Shown: positions 14,701 through 26,463 of the stretch, one piece after another
Numbering within the stretch: position 1 is the stretch's first letter
Layout: every line of letters starts with the position of its first letter
Assembly (NCBI GenBank): GCA_965285935.1
Contig: OZ260661.1
Span: 35,340,001 to 35,404,000, forward strand
Length of the DNA stretch: 64,000 nt
DNA from: Ophelia neglecta
Taxonomy: Eukaryota
Reading direction: 5' to 3'
The notes under the pieces: model-generated
Databases searched by the model: none
Told to the model about the DNA's origin: nothing
The model's input: only the letters and a program-made list of their open reading frames with translations
Program-made: the position numbers and the translations under genes

Positions 14701-17700
14701 AAGTAAGTATTTACTCTCCATAGATTTAACAATGTGGGTTAACTCACCCCTGAACAGCCGCGTGCCAAATTGGCCCGGGTAATAGTTAACTAAGGCATTG
14801 TAGCTGTGCCAAATAAACACAAAAACACAGTTGTTCAAAGCTCTCGATTGTATGATTTAACTAAACACCGATCTTTAAATTATTTAGATGATTATATAAC
14901 TGTATCAAATTAAAAAATAACCTCTCATAGGAAAGCTTAGACCATCTTTAATTGTAAACTAATAACGTAAGACAACAATCCCAGACTCTGAATAATTCTC
15001 CACTCCTTTTTAAATTACTCACCTACGATTGGAGCCACGTAATTGTTGCATTTGTCGATCGGTCTCAGCTCGTAGAAGAGATTGCAGTAGGCCGACGAAT
15101 AGATGCAACACCAGAGTTTGGGTTCGATATCTTCGGTATAATGGGAGGACTTCTGTTTCGGTTTATATTTCATGAAGTTTCCGGCTCGACCCTCGGATTC
15201 CGATGTTATCAATGATCCGTCACCTTCCTCGTCGTAACAACATTCCTAAAATATGCAATATGGTGGTGTATTAAGGTTGGGAATCAAAAATAAGAGAAGC
15301 ATTATATTCAACGCCAGGGATTTTTTTTAAACCGATGAACGCGTTTTACGATTTCTTTTTCCTCTTCATAAACTATTTTTTTTCAACAGGGGAAACTTTC
15401 ACTGTTATTTATCGATGAAAATTAAATATCTATGAATATTTGTTATTGGTAGGCGTGTTTGTTTGGTTGTGTACCTGTGCTGCTTGCGACTTGGGTGCGT
15501 TTTCATAGTAGCAGTAGCGTGTATTGTCTATTTTATTTTGTTCTTTGTCAAATTTCCATTTCTTGTCAGCTTTGCTGGAAGCGACGTCACATGGGCAGGA
15601 TCTGGTCTAAAAAAGTAAAAGACACGATTTACCACCAGGCACCAGGTGTGGTGTAACACGAGGGGTGATGGGGCGGGTGGGGTAAGGGGGTGGGGGTTTG
15701 GGGGAGAGTGGAATCAGGGCTCCCCGTTATGAAAAAGAGGCTGCCAGGTTGAATGCGGACGATAGCCTCCCCAATGACTGAATTCATTTTCTTTAAACGC
15801 TCCAAATAATGTCGGACAAAATACTTTCATCGTAACTATATTATTTTGAAATACACTGTTGGAAGACAATATCTCTATTTTGTCTATAATTTATTGTGTA
15901 ATGACTAGTCTATTGATACCTTTCCCTCAAGTATTAAGCGAGAATTACTACTCTCTGAAACAGCAAAAAATAGCGCCTTGGACCATGAACCCTAGCTTGG
16001 GTAAACAGCAATGGCAATTAGAACCCAAACACTAGCGAGCTATAGGAGGGTCGTGGGCTTTGTGTAAACGGCGAACGCGAAAGCAGCGAAAGCAGCATTT
16101 CACAATACTCTAAAATATTAGTTATTTTATAACCCAACCCTAACCCTAACTCAATTTTGTTTTCGATATAAATGGGTATGGGTAGGGTTATTATTGTGTT
16201 CATATTAGCTCGATTTAAGAAGCCATGCCGCTGCTTTCGCTGCTTTCGCGTTCGCCGTTTACACAAAGCCGGGTCGTGCATCCTATAGTGACGCTTCTCC
16301 AGCCTGATAAAATCCTAAAACGATTCCACAAGTCCTCATGGCGACTAGAGAAGAGTATGATATACCTGTAGAATTAATCGGGCGATTTCCTTCTTGGCCA
16401 CTGCCTCCTCCACATGGTACCAGTCTAGACACTTCTGTTCGTAGTTTATATTTCCATCTGTAACCCCGACTCGCAATAACCACTTAGCACGCTCGCCTAG
16501 AATGAGAGTCAAAATGGCGTTTACGGTTTGGGGCAGGATAAGACGACTGTGTATAACCAGTGTATGTCGATCTGGCGCCACACATTAAAACAACAGGTAC
16601 ATGTACAAGGGTATGGTCATGAAACTGAAGATGTTCTTAAAATGCTGGGGCTAGTCCCGCATTTCCCTCTCTTGGAGGCCAACTGATGGCGGAAAAAGAG
16701 GGGAAAGCTGGAGGGCATGGCGTGGTGTTATACCCTAGATACTCAAGTGCTTAGTAAATACCTACCTGTATTGCCAGTGATGGAGTCTAGAATAAAGGAG
16801 GTGTCCGCATAATAGGCCATAAACGAGTCCTCGACGGTCTCCTTGTTGTCATTCTCACTTAGAACGTAGTAGCCAATCATAGAAGGCCGGATGTTATTGA
16901 CCGCATTCCATCCGGTCTCTTTGTATAGAAAAGTGGCATATGTGCGCAGGTACAGTCCTTCGCTCGCCAATACCAGTTGGAAGGTATTTGGCTGAAATAT
17001 GATGAACGTATTGACATGATTGATCGCTTTCTATTTGTCTTTGAAATTAGCACAGACTATATTAAAAGGTATCGCAGTCTATGTGGTAGATACAGTTGCT
17101 TATGTAGCTCGACTATTAGCACAATTAATGGCATGAAAAGCAATAATAATGTATAGCGGCGTCTCTTACAATCAAAATACGCTCCCAAACAGTTTAATTG
17201 TAACCATGTAAGGGCGTCTTAAGGCGGTGGGACTGACACAAATCGGTTTACACATGCAATACCAGAGCTAGCTATCATTTGGAAGCACAAGCAACTACTC
17301 TATTTAGTTTGCACACAAATTATATTTAGTCCGTTCGACTAAGGTTTAGCAACAGATGCTCAGTGTACAATCTTCGCTGAATAGGGGATTCAGCCCTTTG
17401 TACCGACACAGCGTAAGGGACTTTGCTTTCGCGACCAAAACTCTACTTAAACTTCCTAATTCTACAACCTGATTGTACTCTGATTAACGCATTGCCAAAC
17501 TAGTCGAAAACACTGACTTTAAAACAAATTAGTTTAAGTAGTATTTATAACTTTCGCGCCAATTTTCGCGTTCAACGCTAAACCGTGTGAGGCCGGCCAC
17601 CTTCCTTTAGTGTACAGGCTTAAATGTTATTGGCAGCTGTGCGGCGGCGGGCAGCCAGGTTTTGTGAAAATGCTTTGTTAACCGTAGTATTTACGAATTA

Positions 17701-20700
17701 TAATGCGTAGACAGAGGGCGATTGTAATATTTATTTTTGCCACACAGAACCAACGCTGATCCATTGGCTTGCACTTTAAAGTAGTTTACTGTATCTGACA
17801 GATTCTTCCCAAATAAAAACATCAAAGAGCCCGAGTTTGTCACACTTTGTAGAAGGCATAGTGATGTATGTATCTATAAAACTTTTCTACCGTACAGACG
17901 TCTTACTGTGCGACTGTAGGTCTAAATGGCATGGACATAGATCAGAATTTAATACTCTCCATGCGTGTTTTCGTACCTGATCGGTGGCTGGATCATAGTT
18001 GTTCCTTGGGTACATATCTTTCCATGTAACAACAAGAACCCATGTGGCTGAAAATGAGGTCACACCGCCATATTTGACGACGTCTGCATCAACTCTAGCA
18101 AGCAAAGACTCCAGTTGGTTGATTTCATTCACAGCTGAGGAGAAACAAGCATTGTAAATTTGTTGATCTCCCGATTAACACACCGTACGGTATTAATTTC
18201 CTATTATATATCAAGCATGCATAAGTATAGTTTACCATTCTAGGCGTATTGCAATTTTGGATACTCCAATCTTGTAAGGTTTTATCCGAATAAGTGTAAA
18301 CGTACATATATTTTAGGAATGACTACTTATAAGGTGTAACTAAAACGTTTTTAACGCGAAAATTTTAGGGTGACCAGAGAAATATACATTCATTTTTATT
18401 ACCTGTGGCTTAGACAACTATCTGAAACTATATTATTAGTGGTAATTTTACATTTAAGATCATAACTCACTTTTCTTTTTGTCAAATCTACTGTTCAAGT
18501 CGTATATTTGGTAGAAAACCCCACTGTCATTACTGTTGGCACTACTGAGCAGAAGGTCGTTGTCGGTCCACAGTGGCGCCAAAACGCCCAAGCCTTTCTT
18601 AGCAGCTTTTGCCTTCTCACTAGTTGTTAACAACGACGACCATGGTGATGGCTGCCGTTTCTCAAAGTTGGCATTTCCAAGTTTGATATAACCATTGGAG
18701 CTGATCTGCAATCCAAGAGTTTTAGATAAAAGTGCGTTCAAATTAAAATTAAATAACAACTCGATCGTCAGCTGCGTGTTATATACTCAAGGAGCTTTCC
18801 AGCTTGTTTTATTCCCTTTTGAAAAGAGTATGCCACAAGAATCTTTCTTTTTTATGGTAAACAAAATAACGTACCGTGTTAACGCAACATATATAGATTT
18901 GTATTGGAAATATTTAGCCTGTGTCTGAAATAATAGCAAGCCCGATACAACACACTTGTGCCTTATTCAAGAACAGGCTGTGTCTGCTATTTGTGCAATG
19001 ACATGTAACGAGCAAAGTCCTGTGCGGTGCTACTCACCTGCAGGCGCCTGAAATTGATGCCCTTGAAATTTAGCAGGTTAATCTTTATTTCTTTGCTGAA
19101 ACATAGTACTTCTTCGCAGTCTAGACGGGTATCTCCCACAGAAGGTCCGAACGGATACACTAAGAGAGTAAATCATGTTCTTAATGATAAATATATCATA
19201 TTGAGCCGCAGTTGCCTTTCGCTCATTAAAAATGATGGTAAATCGACGATTGATCAGAAAGTAGGAATTGGATTATTTTCCCCATCATTAAAATAGAAAC
19301 ATTTGCTTTAATGGTAAAAATATACGACAATATAGTAACTATGTTACCAATATAACTAAGGAAATAAAAGAGGTGCAGATAAACTATCAAGTAGTGACCT
19401 ATTTATGTACAGAAAAATAGCCATGGAATGGGCCATCAGTTTCTAAATTGAATCGAAATAATTAGCTATTCTAGTATTGTCTTTAAGTATAAAATCATCA
19501 CTGTGCTGACAGGCGTGCCACCTTGTATAAGTGGAAAACTAGCGAGCCCCTTTGTTCGAGGCTTCATTTAGTTAGACACCTATTACTAGGCTTAAACCAG
19601 TGTGACACCATATTCACAACTTACTGTCCAGGTTGAAGGGTGCCTCTGTTGTCGTTGTAGTGGATTCAGGCGTTGTGTTTACTAGAAGCAAAGAAGGACA
19701 TGCCGCTCTAGTTACTATACAGATTATCGATATATAACATCACTTGACAACTATGACTACATAGCAAGCAGTGCAATAGAAGCAAAAACATATTGAAAGT
19801 CACTGTAAAAACATGTACAATTATTGGTAATTGGGATACCGTTTAAATGCATGATTATATTCATAGAAGAAACGTTCAACTATACAAAATCCCACATGCA
19901 TTCCGGCTACTAAGGAGAAATAGAATGTATTTGAAAATTGTGAAATTGTGCTGGAAGCTGAAAATGAAAATTGATGCCAATGCAATCACTTCAATAAGTG
20001 TATTGTTTGGCGTAAGCCATCAAGATGACCTACACTGTTGAAAGTATGCTATTTACTAACAGCCTTGAAATAAGAAGCAGCTCCTAAACTTAAGCAAAGT
20101 GGAATGTTTAAAAAGAATATAACACAAAGAAGAAGCCGATTGTGTGAAATAAAGACGAATGTATTGAAGCAGGTTTATGTACGTTGGAAGGAAGTCATGT
20201 ACACGACGGAACCAGGAAACCGAGAAAGCTGGTCGCTTCAGGCTGATACATTGACACACTACGAAGACCTATACATTAGACGGTTGTTTCGAACTACTCA
20301 CATAATCCGTCAGTACAGATAAGTTCAAAATAGACTATGGCGCTGTCCGTTGCCTCATCCTCGGGGGAGAGTAGGCGATTACTATCTTGGAGTGCGCATT
20401 TTCCTCCCATGCTATACTCGATCGCATGGCAGTGGTTGCTGTTAAGGCATTTACGCTTGCATGCCGACTCAGTAAGTCCAGTATATGTAATTATATCATG
20501 TCCAAGGAGAAAAGTTCCTTGTATTTTTGTCCATTCATACTGGCCATCGCAGGCTGGACCTTGACACAAATTAAGTCTAGCATTATGGATAATAAACTTG
20601 AAAATTCAAGAAAACGGTTAAAATAACGGTGAAAAAAACCCAGACAAACACATTCAAACGAGCTACATTACTATGTTATCCGATTAGAAATAAATTAGAA

Positions 20701-23700
20701 TTGCAAGTACTTAACATGTATGGTATCAGGGTGTTAATGTTGAATTACCTGGGCGTGCAGATGTTTCCGGTGCTATGCTAGCGGTTGGGGATTTGAATGT
20801 GGAAGGGGCTGCCGTACCCATAATCGTTGTTAGAGACTGATTAGTAGTTAGTTTGACACTTTTGGTAGTTATTTCAGAGGTGGATGAAATATCATCTGTT
20901 GGTTCAAATGTTATTGGATGGTTGTTAGTTGATGTTAATTGGGTTGTCAGTTGTGTTTTGCTAGTTGTGGGTTGCCTCGTTGACGTCTGTCTCTTCGATG
21001 TCCTTCCTTGTGAGGCGTTTGAGACCAACCGAGTTGTTATTGTTTGTTCAGTCGTTGTGTCTGTGAGTGATGTATAATGTTGATCGCTTGTTATTTTCAC
21101 TGGAGCAATTGCAGATGTCATCGCCTTAGAAGTATGCGGCGTGATTTCTGTTTGGGAAGCAGTTGAGTCTTTACGAGATGTTACAAGATGTTCAGTCACG
21201 CTTTCTGGATGAGATGTGGTTGGTGATGCAAATTGAATAGTTTTAATACTTTCTTCACTTACGGTGATTAAGAGTGTTGTTCCATTTTGAGAAATGGTTG
21301 AGCCTCTCTGAGTTGCCGTTGGTTGTTCAGTTGTAGATTCTGCTTGGGTTGTTGTTGTTTTTGTTTCAGCTTTTAGTTTGCTAGTTGTTATTTTTGACTG
21401 CAGATTAGTTGGTTGTGTTATAATAGTGACAAGTTGAGAGGTTGATTGTTTTGAAGTGGTTGTTTCATTCCGATTGGACAATGGTTGTGCGGTTGTTGCT
21501 TCAGACAGAGACGTTGTTGGTTTTTCTGTGCTTGTTTTATACTGAGTAGTTGTTAGTTTGTCTGTTGTAGTTTTCTTCTGAGCTGTACTTTGTTTCGAAG
21601 TGGTTGTGCCCTGCAGAGTAGTTGTTGGTTCGTCACTTGAGGTGTTTGTTTGGGAAGTTGTTTGTTGTTCGTTAGTTGTTTCAGTCTGACTAGGTGTAGT
21701 TGAGTTGGCAGATGTGGTATCCACGTCGGTTGTCCTTTGTTGTGTGGTAGTTGTGACAAAGAGATTTGTTGTATTCTCAGTCGTAGTTCCCGGCCGATTT
21801 GTTGTTTGTGTTTTGTCTGTTGTTATTATTAGAGTGGTTGTAGTTGGGTTATTAGTTGTGATTTCCTTGTTAGTACTCATTTCTTGTGAAGTGAGCGTGC
21901 CATTCGTAGATGTTGTTACTTGTTCAATTGTTGTGTTTGGACGAGATGTTGTAAGGTGTTTCGTTGTTGTTTTATTATCAGTCGTTGTTATCGGTTTTAC
22001 AGTTGTAGTGTCAATCATTGTCGTCTTTGACTGTAAAGTCGTCGAGTCTTTACGAGTTGATGTTGGTTGTTCAGTAATGGTTTCTGGTTGCGAATTGGTT
22101 TGTTCTTTGGTTGTTGATTCAATTTGAGTTGTTTTGATAGCTTGTCCAATTGTAGTGGGCGATAATGTAGTCTCGGAAAGGAAAGTCGTTGAACCTTTCT
22201 GAGTTGCAGTTGGTAGTTCAGTTGTAGATTCTGCTTGGGATGTTGTCGGTTGGGGAGATATCGTTTTAGTTTCACTTTTTAGTTTGCTAGTTGTTGTTTC
22301 TGACTGCACACTTGTCGGTTGTGTTATTATGGTCACTTGTTTAGTAGTTGATTGTTTTGAATTAGACAATGGCACTGCAGTTGTTGCTTCTGACCGAGAC
22401 TTTGTTGTTTTTTCTGTGGTTGTTTTATACAGAGTAGTTTTTAGTTTGTCTGTTGTGGTTTCCGTTTCAGCTGTACTTTGTTTTGAAGTGGTTGTGTCCG
22501 GCCGAGTATTTGCTGGGTCTTCACTTGAAGCATTTGGTTTTGCAGTTGTCGGCTGTTTGTAAGTTGTTTCAATTTGAGTAGTTGAAGTTTGGGTAGCCGT
22601 TGTGGTATCTAAGTGGAATGTTGTTGCCTTGGTAGAAGTTGTGTCAATACGAGTTGTTGTATAGTTAGTTGTAATTTCCGGGCTCGTTGTTGTGTATGGT
22701 TTGTCTGAGATTACTAAATGAGTGCTTATAGTTGGTTTATTGGTTGTGGTTTCCTTCTGAAAAGTCATTGAATGTCTAGTGATCGAGCCAATCGTAGTTG
22801 TTGTTTCTTGCTCACTTGTTTTGTTTGGTTCAAATGTATGTGCCTTGGTTCTTGTAATGTAATCTGTTGTTTTTTCTCGGATTGATGTTAAGTCATCGGT
22901 TGTTGGTGCCTCCTTAGCAGAAGTCGTTTGTTTAGTTTCAGTTTCCCTCAGAGTTCCTGTTATGTGTCTAGTTATTGATTCTCCTTTGGTTGTTGAGTAA
23001 TCAGGCATTGTTTGTGTGGAAGTTGTTGTCATTAGTTCAGTACTGATTCTTGTTTGATTTGTTGGTTGATCTGTTGTGTTTTTTGTCTGAGATGTTATTA
23101 GTTGTGTAGCTGTAATATCTTTCTGTGTTGCTAACTTCACAGTTGTGGCCTTGTGGGTCATTAACAGGTCAGCTGTAGTGTCTTTCAGAATAGTGTGTTG
23201 TGTAGGTTTGGTTTCTGGTTGAGATGAGCTAGGTTGATCAGTGGTGCTTTTGGTTACAGTCGGTATATCAAGGCGACCAGTTGTTGTTGGTTGAGACGTT
23301 GTAAGCAAACTGGCAGTGTTAGTAAGCATACCGCTTGGTATTTCCGTTGTCGTGTCATCCCCAGTTGTGGTTGATATAATTTCTGTGGTTGTGTACCGTT
23401 TAGTTGAATTAATATTGGATGCTGTTGAAAAGGAGATAGTGGGTGAATCGCCTGCTGTTGTTGTTAAATGCGATATTGTATAATTCGGTGCAGATGAGTG
23501 TGTATTGCTGCTGTCTGAGTTAACACCAATCGAGGTTGGTATTTCATTAGAGGTGGTTGGGTGTGCATCCGCAGTGCTGTTAGTAATGATAGGGGCAAGT
23601 GTACTGATTTCCGTAGTAGACGATTGGGCAGCCGTAGTAGCTGTTGGTTAAACACGCAAATAAATTAAGACATAATTAACAGTGAGCAAATAAAACAGAT

Positions 23701-26463
23701 ACTATAAGTTACAAAACAAGTTGACATATTAATTGTCTAAGTTTATTGGATTAGACCTGCACCAGAGTGGCATATAAACAGGAAAATATCAAATTATTCA
23801 CAAAATTATTATAATCATTATTCTTATTACGAAAATACTACAATGTTAGCTATCATCAATCAATTGGTTAGAACCACACATTTTAACCTAAATTTTAAGT
23901 GCCCTGCCACCAAACAAAATCGTCCAATTAATTTGTACACGTGTCACAAATGTTCTTTTTTCTTGTGTCTAAATGGTTTTTTTCTTCCCACGTTTGGCCC
24001 AGTAATCTATTGACACGCATAAACCAACGAATATCCATGACATTGGATATCCTGCTCCTTCAATAGGATAAGTATGCAATAGCTGTGAACACGGGAGTGG
24101 ATAACTTGGACAAAAAGTGAGCTGAAACAAAGTAATGGACCATAACCTCCGAGTCTTTAAGAAGATGATGAATACTTATAAACAAATAGACACTTACTTT
24201 CTGTTGTCGTTTCAGTCGTGGTTTCTGTTGTCATCGGTTCTGTTGTCGTTGTTAGTGATAGATCTGAAGCATAGGAAAACGTATACTACTTAATTTACTG
24301 CTCTGTGCAAGGTACATTTAGAACATAGTCAAGTACACATTTATGACATATCATGTCATCATAAATCATCCATAAAAACGAGTATTGCTTTTTGATAGTG
24401 AGAAAAGCATTCCTATCTGTGTCAATAAAATTTGCCAACAGTGCCTAGCAATTTATTATATTTAAAATCTTATGATATAATCTTGATAACCTTTATCTGA
24501 ATATATAATTATGACAATAATCAATTCCGAACAAAAACTGTAAAAAAACGTTCGTTACCAATGGCAGTTATGTTGTCTGTGTCCAGAACGCCCAGGGGTA
24601 TTGTCCCTGCATTTTCTCTTGCCTTCTGTATTAGTTCTTCCGTTGTGAAGGGAACGTTCGTCTCTAGTATATAGTCGACCACTATACTTCCAGACCTGCA
24701 ACGGTATCGATTACATCTTAGTAGTTAGTGTAGGTAATATTCCATAGACGTTGATTCCCGAACACAAAATAATAAACATATATTTTGAAGAGAGTGCCGA
24801 GTGAAAGACCTGGCTCGTATCTTTTTGTATATCATGATAATTCAAGCAAAGTTAGTTAATACGGGTATCATGGCCAGTCGGCCATTCTCTCTAGGCTACT
24901 AAGTACTATCAATCGATACTACGTGAGGCATTTGATACATACGTGTATGCGAATCTACTTGCTATAGGCAAGCATGCAAATCCCCCGCTATCAAACGCTA
25001 ATCGACTCTGAAAAGTTGAAGCATAATTTAACTATAATATGTTGAATTGGTCAATTTATAGCTGTGTGTTATGATAAAGGAAATCCAATTGTAAAATAAA
25101 TGGTATTCTATCAAATTCTGGTGTTGTTTACAAATTTGTATCAGAGTACATACGAGGGCGTGTTTTCGTAACATATTATAAGATTTATCAAAAGTATTAA
25201 TGATTTCTCATTACTAGCGGAATGTCGATACTCCGACAAATGAAAGAGAACAAAACCCGACTATTCATAGATAATACGATGGTCAATGTTTAAAAGCGTT
25301 TTTAAAATCCACTTACCCACGCTTCAAGATCTGATGACAATTGTACGTATTCCGTCGACGTTAAAATGGCATAATTTGCAAGGAATGTTGCATCGAGCAA
25401 TCTATATATAAGTCGATATATATATAAATATGTACAGGAAGCAGTCGTCTGCTGCTCGGTTGTAGTGGACTCTGTAACGAGAGGCAGCCAAAGATATGGA
25501 TTCAGTATGTATCATTAGGTAAAAAACGGGAGAGGATACTCGGCAGACAAGCCAAATCATAAGTCGAGAATGGTCAATTAAATCAGCTCAAAATCATCAG
25601 GAACCAGCGGCCGAAGTATCACACACATCAATACAGTGAAACCTGTGAATTAAGACCACCGAGGGGACTGGATAATACTGGTCTGATTTTGAAGTGGTTT
25701 GTATAGACAGGCTATTTTACATTAAAATTGAACATCACAGTCATCATATTAGTGGTCTGAATTGACAGGTGGTCTGATTATAGAGGTGGTCTTTAAGGCA
25801 GGTTTCACTGTACATCAATATCCAGCTCCCAAACAGTAAATAAACTTGAAATGTAAATACAGTGTAACCTGTCTAATCAGGTCAGTCAAGGGACTGGAAA
25901 AAACTGACCACATTATATAGGTGGCCTTAATAGGCAGGTCAGTTAATACAGTCATAAATGGGTTGTGCTTGTATTAAGTGACCTAAGTAGGCAGGTGCCC
26001 TTATCACACAGGTGACCACAAACACAGGTTGCCATGTAATAGTTAATGAAAACATAAATTGATATACCTTGCAATGAGTATACTCACAATGAGTATATTT
26101 AAACAATATTTTAGAACAGCTGATTAGTCAAGATAAAAACCATCTAAGCGAGTCATTATTAAACAACGTGTATTGATTTGATTTGATTGATTTGATGAGA
26201 CATTAGTGAATAACCTAAATCAGGTCTTTTGTAAAAGCATTCCTAATATTTTTAATTGAAAAAGAATGTGAAAATACATGCTATGCATTTTAAACAAAAG
26301 GTCCAAGAACAGTTTTAAACATAATAGGTTTAAACACGTATTATTTACCGGTTGTGCTGGTCGTTGAGACTTGCGAGTTGACTAAGGTGATTTGAACTGA
26401 TGTGGATATCACAAGGTACAGCGTTAATAAATATCTACAGGTTTTAGGCAGGTATAACTCCAT
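2784..26463 (-). CDS. MUC4-like transmembrane mucin (SEA-PTS-PAN-NIDO-AMOP-vWD-Ig-like-EGFn-SEA-TM), ~2,811 aa, 38 coding exons
   Basis: Hand-spliced GT-AG exons with consistent phases, 8,436 nt in total: 26349-26463, 25317-25471, 24943-25007, 24559-24695, 24198-24263, 20749-23640, 20302-20559, 19625-19681, 19038-19159, 18471-18705, 17977-18134, 16766-16991, 16366-16496, 15475-15606, 15023-15245, 14445-14681, 14049-14186, 13462-13662, 12346-12537, 12099-12167, 11622-11829, 11047-11213, 10450-10623, 9924-10046, 9376-9501, 8686-8808, 8231-8362, 7709-7832, 7265-7392, 6941-7054, 5982-6155, 5504-5652, 5036-5267, 4473-4572, 4024-4249, 3339-3541, 3015-3111, 2784-2810. Begins [30 protein letters not shown] (signal-peptide-like) and ends ...[12 protein letters not shown]. 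The last exon and the exon-7 acceptor (20559 vs 20553) are the least certain. Confidence 0.88.
3811..3996. mobile_element. Non-autonomous DNA transposon (MITE) with CAGTGGCGGAT termini, copy 1
   Basis: CAGTGGCGGATCC...AAATCCGCCACTG; internal sequence shared with 46837-47032 and 60734-60932; flanks cactt/gactt (4/5 match). Confidence 0.85.
4473..4572 (-). CDS. Mucin exon 34: transmembrane helix
   Basis: [32 protein letters not shown]; not in the ORF track, read between acceptor tttgtag and donor gttagt. Confidence 0.85.
4617..4955. mobile_element. Possible MITE in a mucin intron
   Basis: ATGACTGTGCAG ... CTGCACAGCCAT inverted termini (11/12); no TSD seen. Confidence 0.4.
5982..11213 (-). CDS. 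Mucin exons 22-31: tandem EGF / Ca-binding EGF modules
   Basis: Repeated DxDEC/DxNEC...C-x-N-xx-GSY-x-C-x-C-xx-GY exons of ~114-174 nt, mostly phase 1-1. Confidence 0.92.
12760..12965 (+). repeat. Dispersed repeat family (other copies ~25550-26170, interrupted, and ~54770-54870)
   Basis: Shared blocks agg(a/t)(a/t)ccagc(g/a)g..., catcaat..tccagctcc..aa..agtaaataa and tgtaatgaa in three places; boundaries approximate. Confidence 0.65.
14445..19159 (-). CDS. Mucin exons 9-16: NIDO, AMOP and start of vWD domains
   Basis: [43 protein letters not shown] (NIDO); SCPC, ECCYD, WCCIYS..C..FYELRP (AMOP); [24 protein letters not shown] (vWD, GDPH at 14659-14670). Confidence 0.9.
16056..16270. mobile_element. 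Young MITE with perfect 41-bp TIRs and 8-bp TSD (Merlin-like)
   Basis: 16056-16096 is the exact reverse complement of 16230-16270; GGGTCGTG is duplicated at 16048-16055 and 16271-16278; GG termini; internal (CCCTAA)-like tract. Confidence 0.88.
20302..20559 (-). CDS. Mucin exon 7: PAN/apple-like domain
   Basis: [33 protein letters not shown] shows the C-x3-C-x5-C...C PAN pattern; phase 1-1 exon. Confidence 0.75.
20749..23640 (-). CDS. Mucin exon 6: 2,892-nt Thr/Ser/Pro-rich (PTS) O-glycosylation domain
   Basis: The 867-aa ORF 20726-23329 extends upstream in frame to an acceptor (ttaaccaacag) at 23640; donor CCAG|gtaatt at 20749; extremely Thr-rich. Confidence 0.93.
24559..25471 (-). CDS. 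Mucin exons 2-4: N-terminal SEA-like domain with GSIVV motif
   Basis: Spliced translation ...[64 protein letters not shown]...; GSIVV matches the SEA autoproteolysis consensus G|S[VI]VV. Confidence 0.7.
25634..25810. mobile_element. Tc1/mariner(pogo)-type MITE, TA-flanked
   Basis: TA|CAGTGAAACCTG...CAGGTTTCACTG|TA with internal AGGTGGTCT repeats. Confidence 0.85.
25860..26036. mobile_element. Second, more diverged Tc1/mariner(pogo)-type MITE, TA-flanked
   Basis: TA|CAGTGTAACCTG...CAGGTTGCCATG|TA with repeated CAGGT motifs; same length and layout as 25634-25810. Confidence 0.7.

Noticed and set aside
16131-16150. Interstitial telomere
   Set aside because: Only about two CCCTAA units, and they are internal to a TIR-bounded MITE.
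20853-22562. Val-rich plus-strand ORFs
   Set aside because: Antisense shadows of the Thr (ACN)-rich PTS exon.
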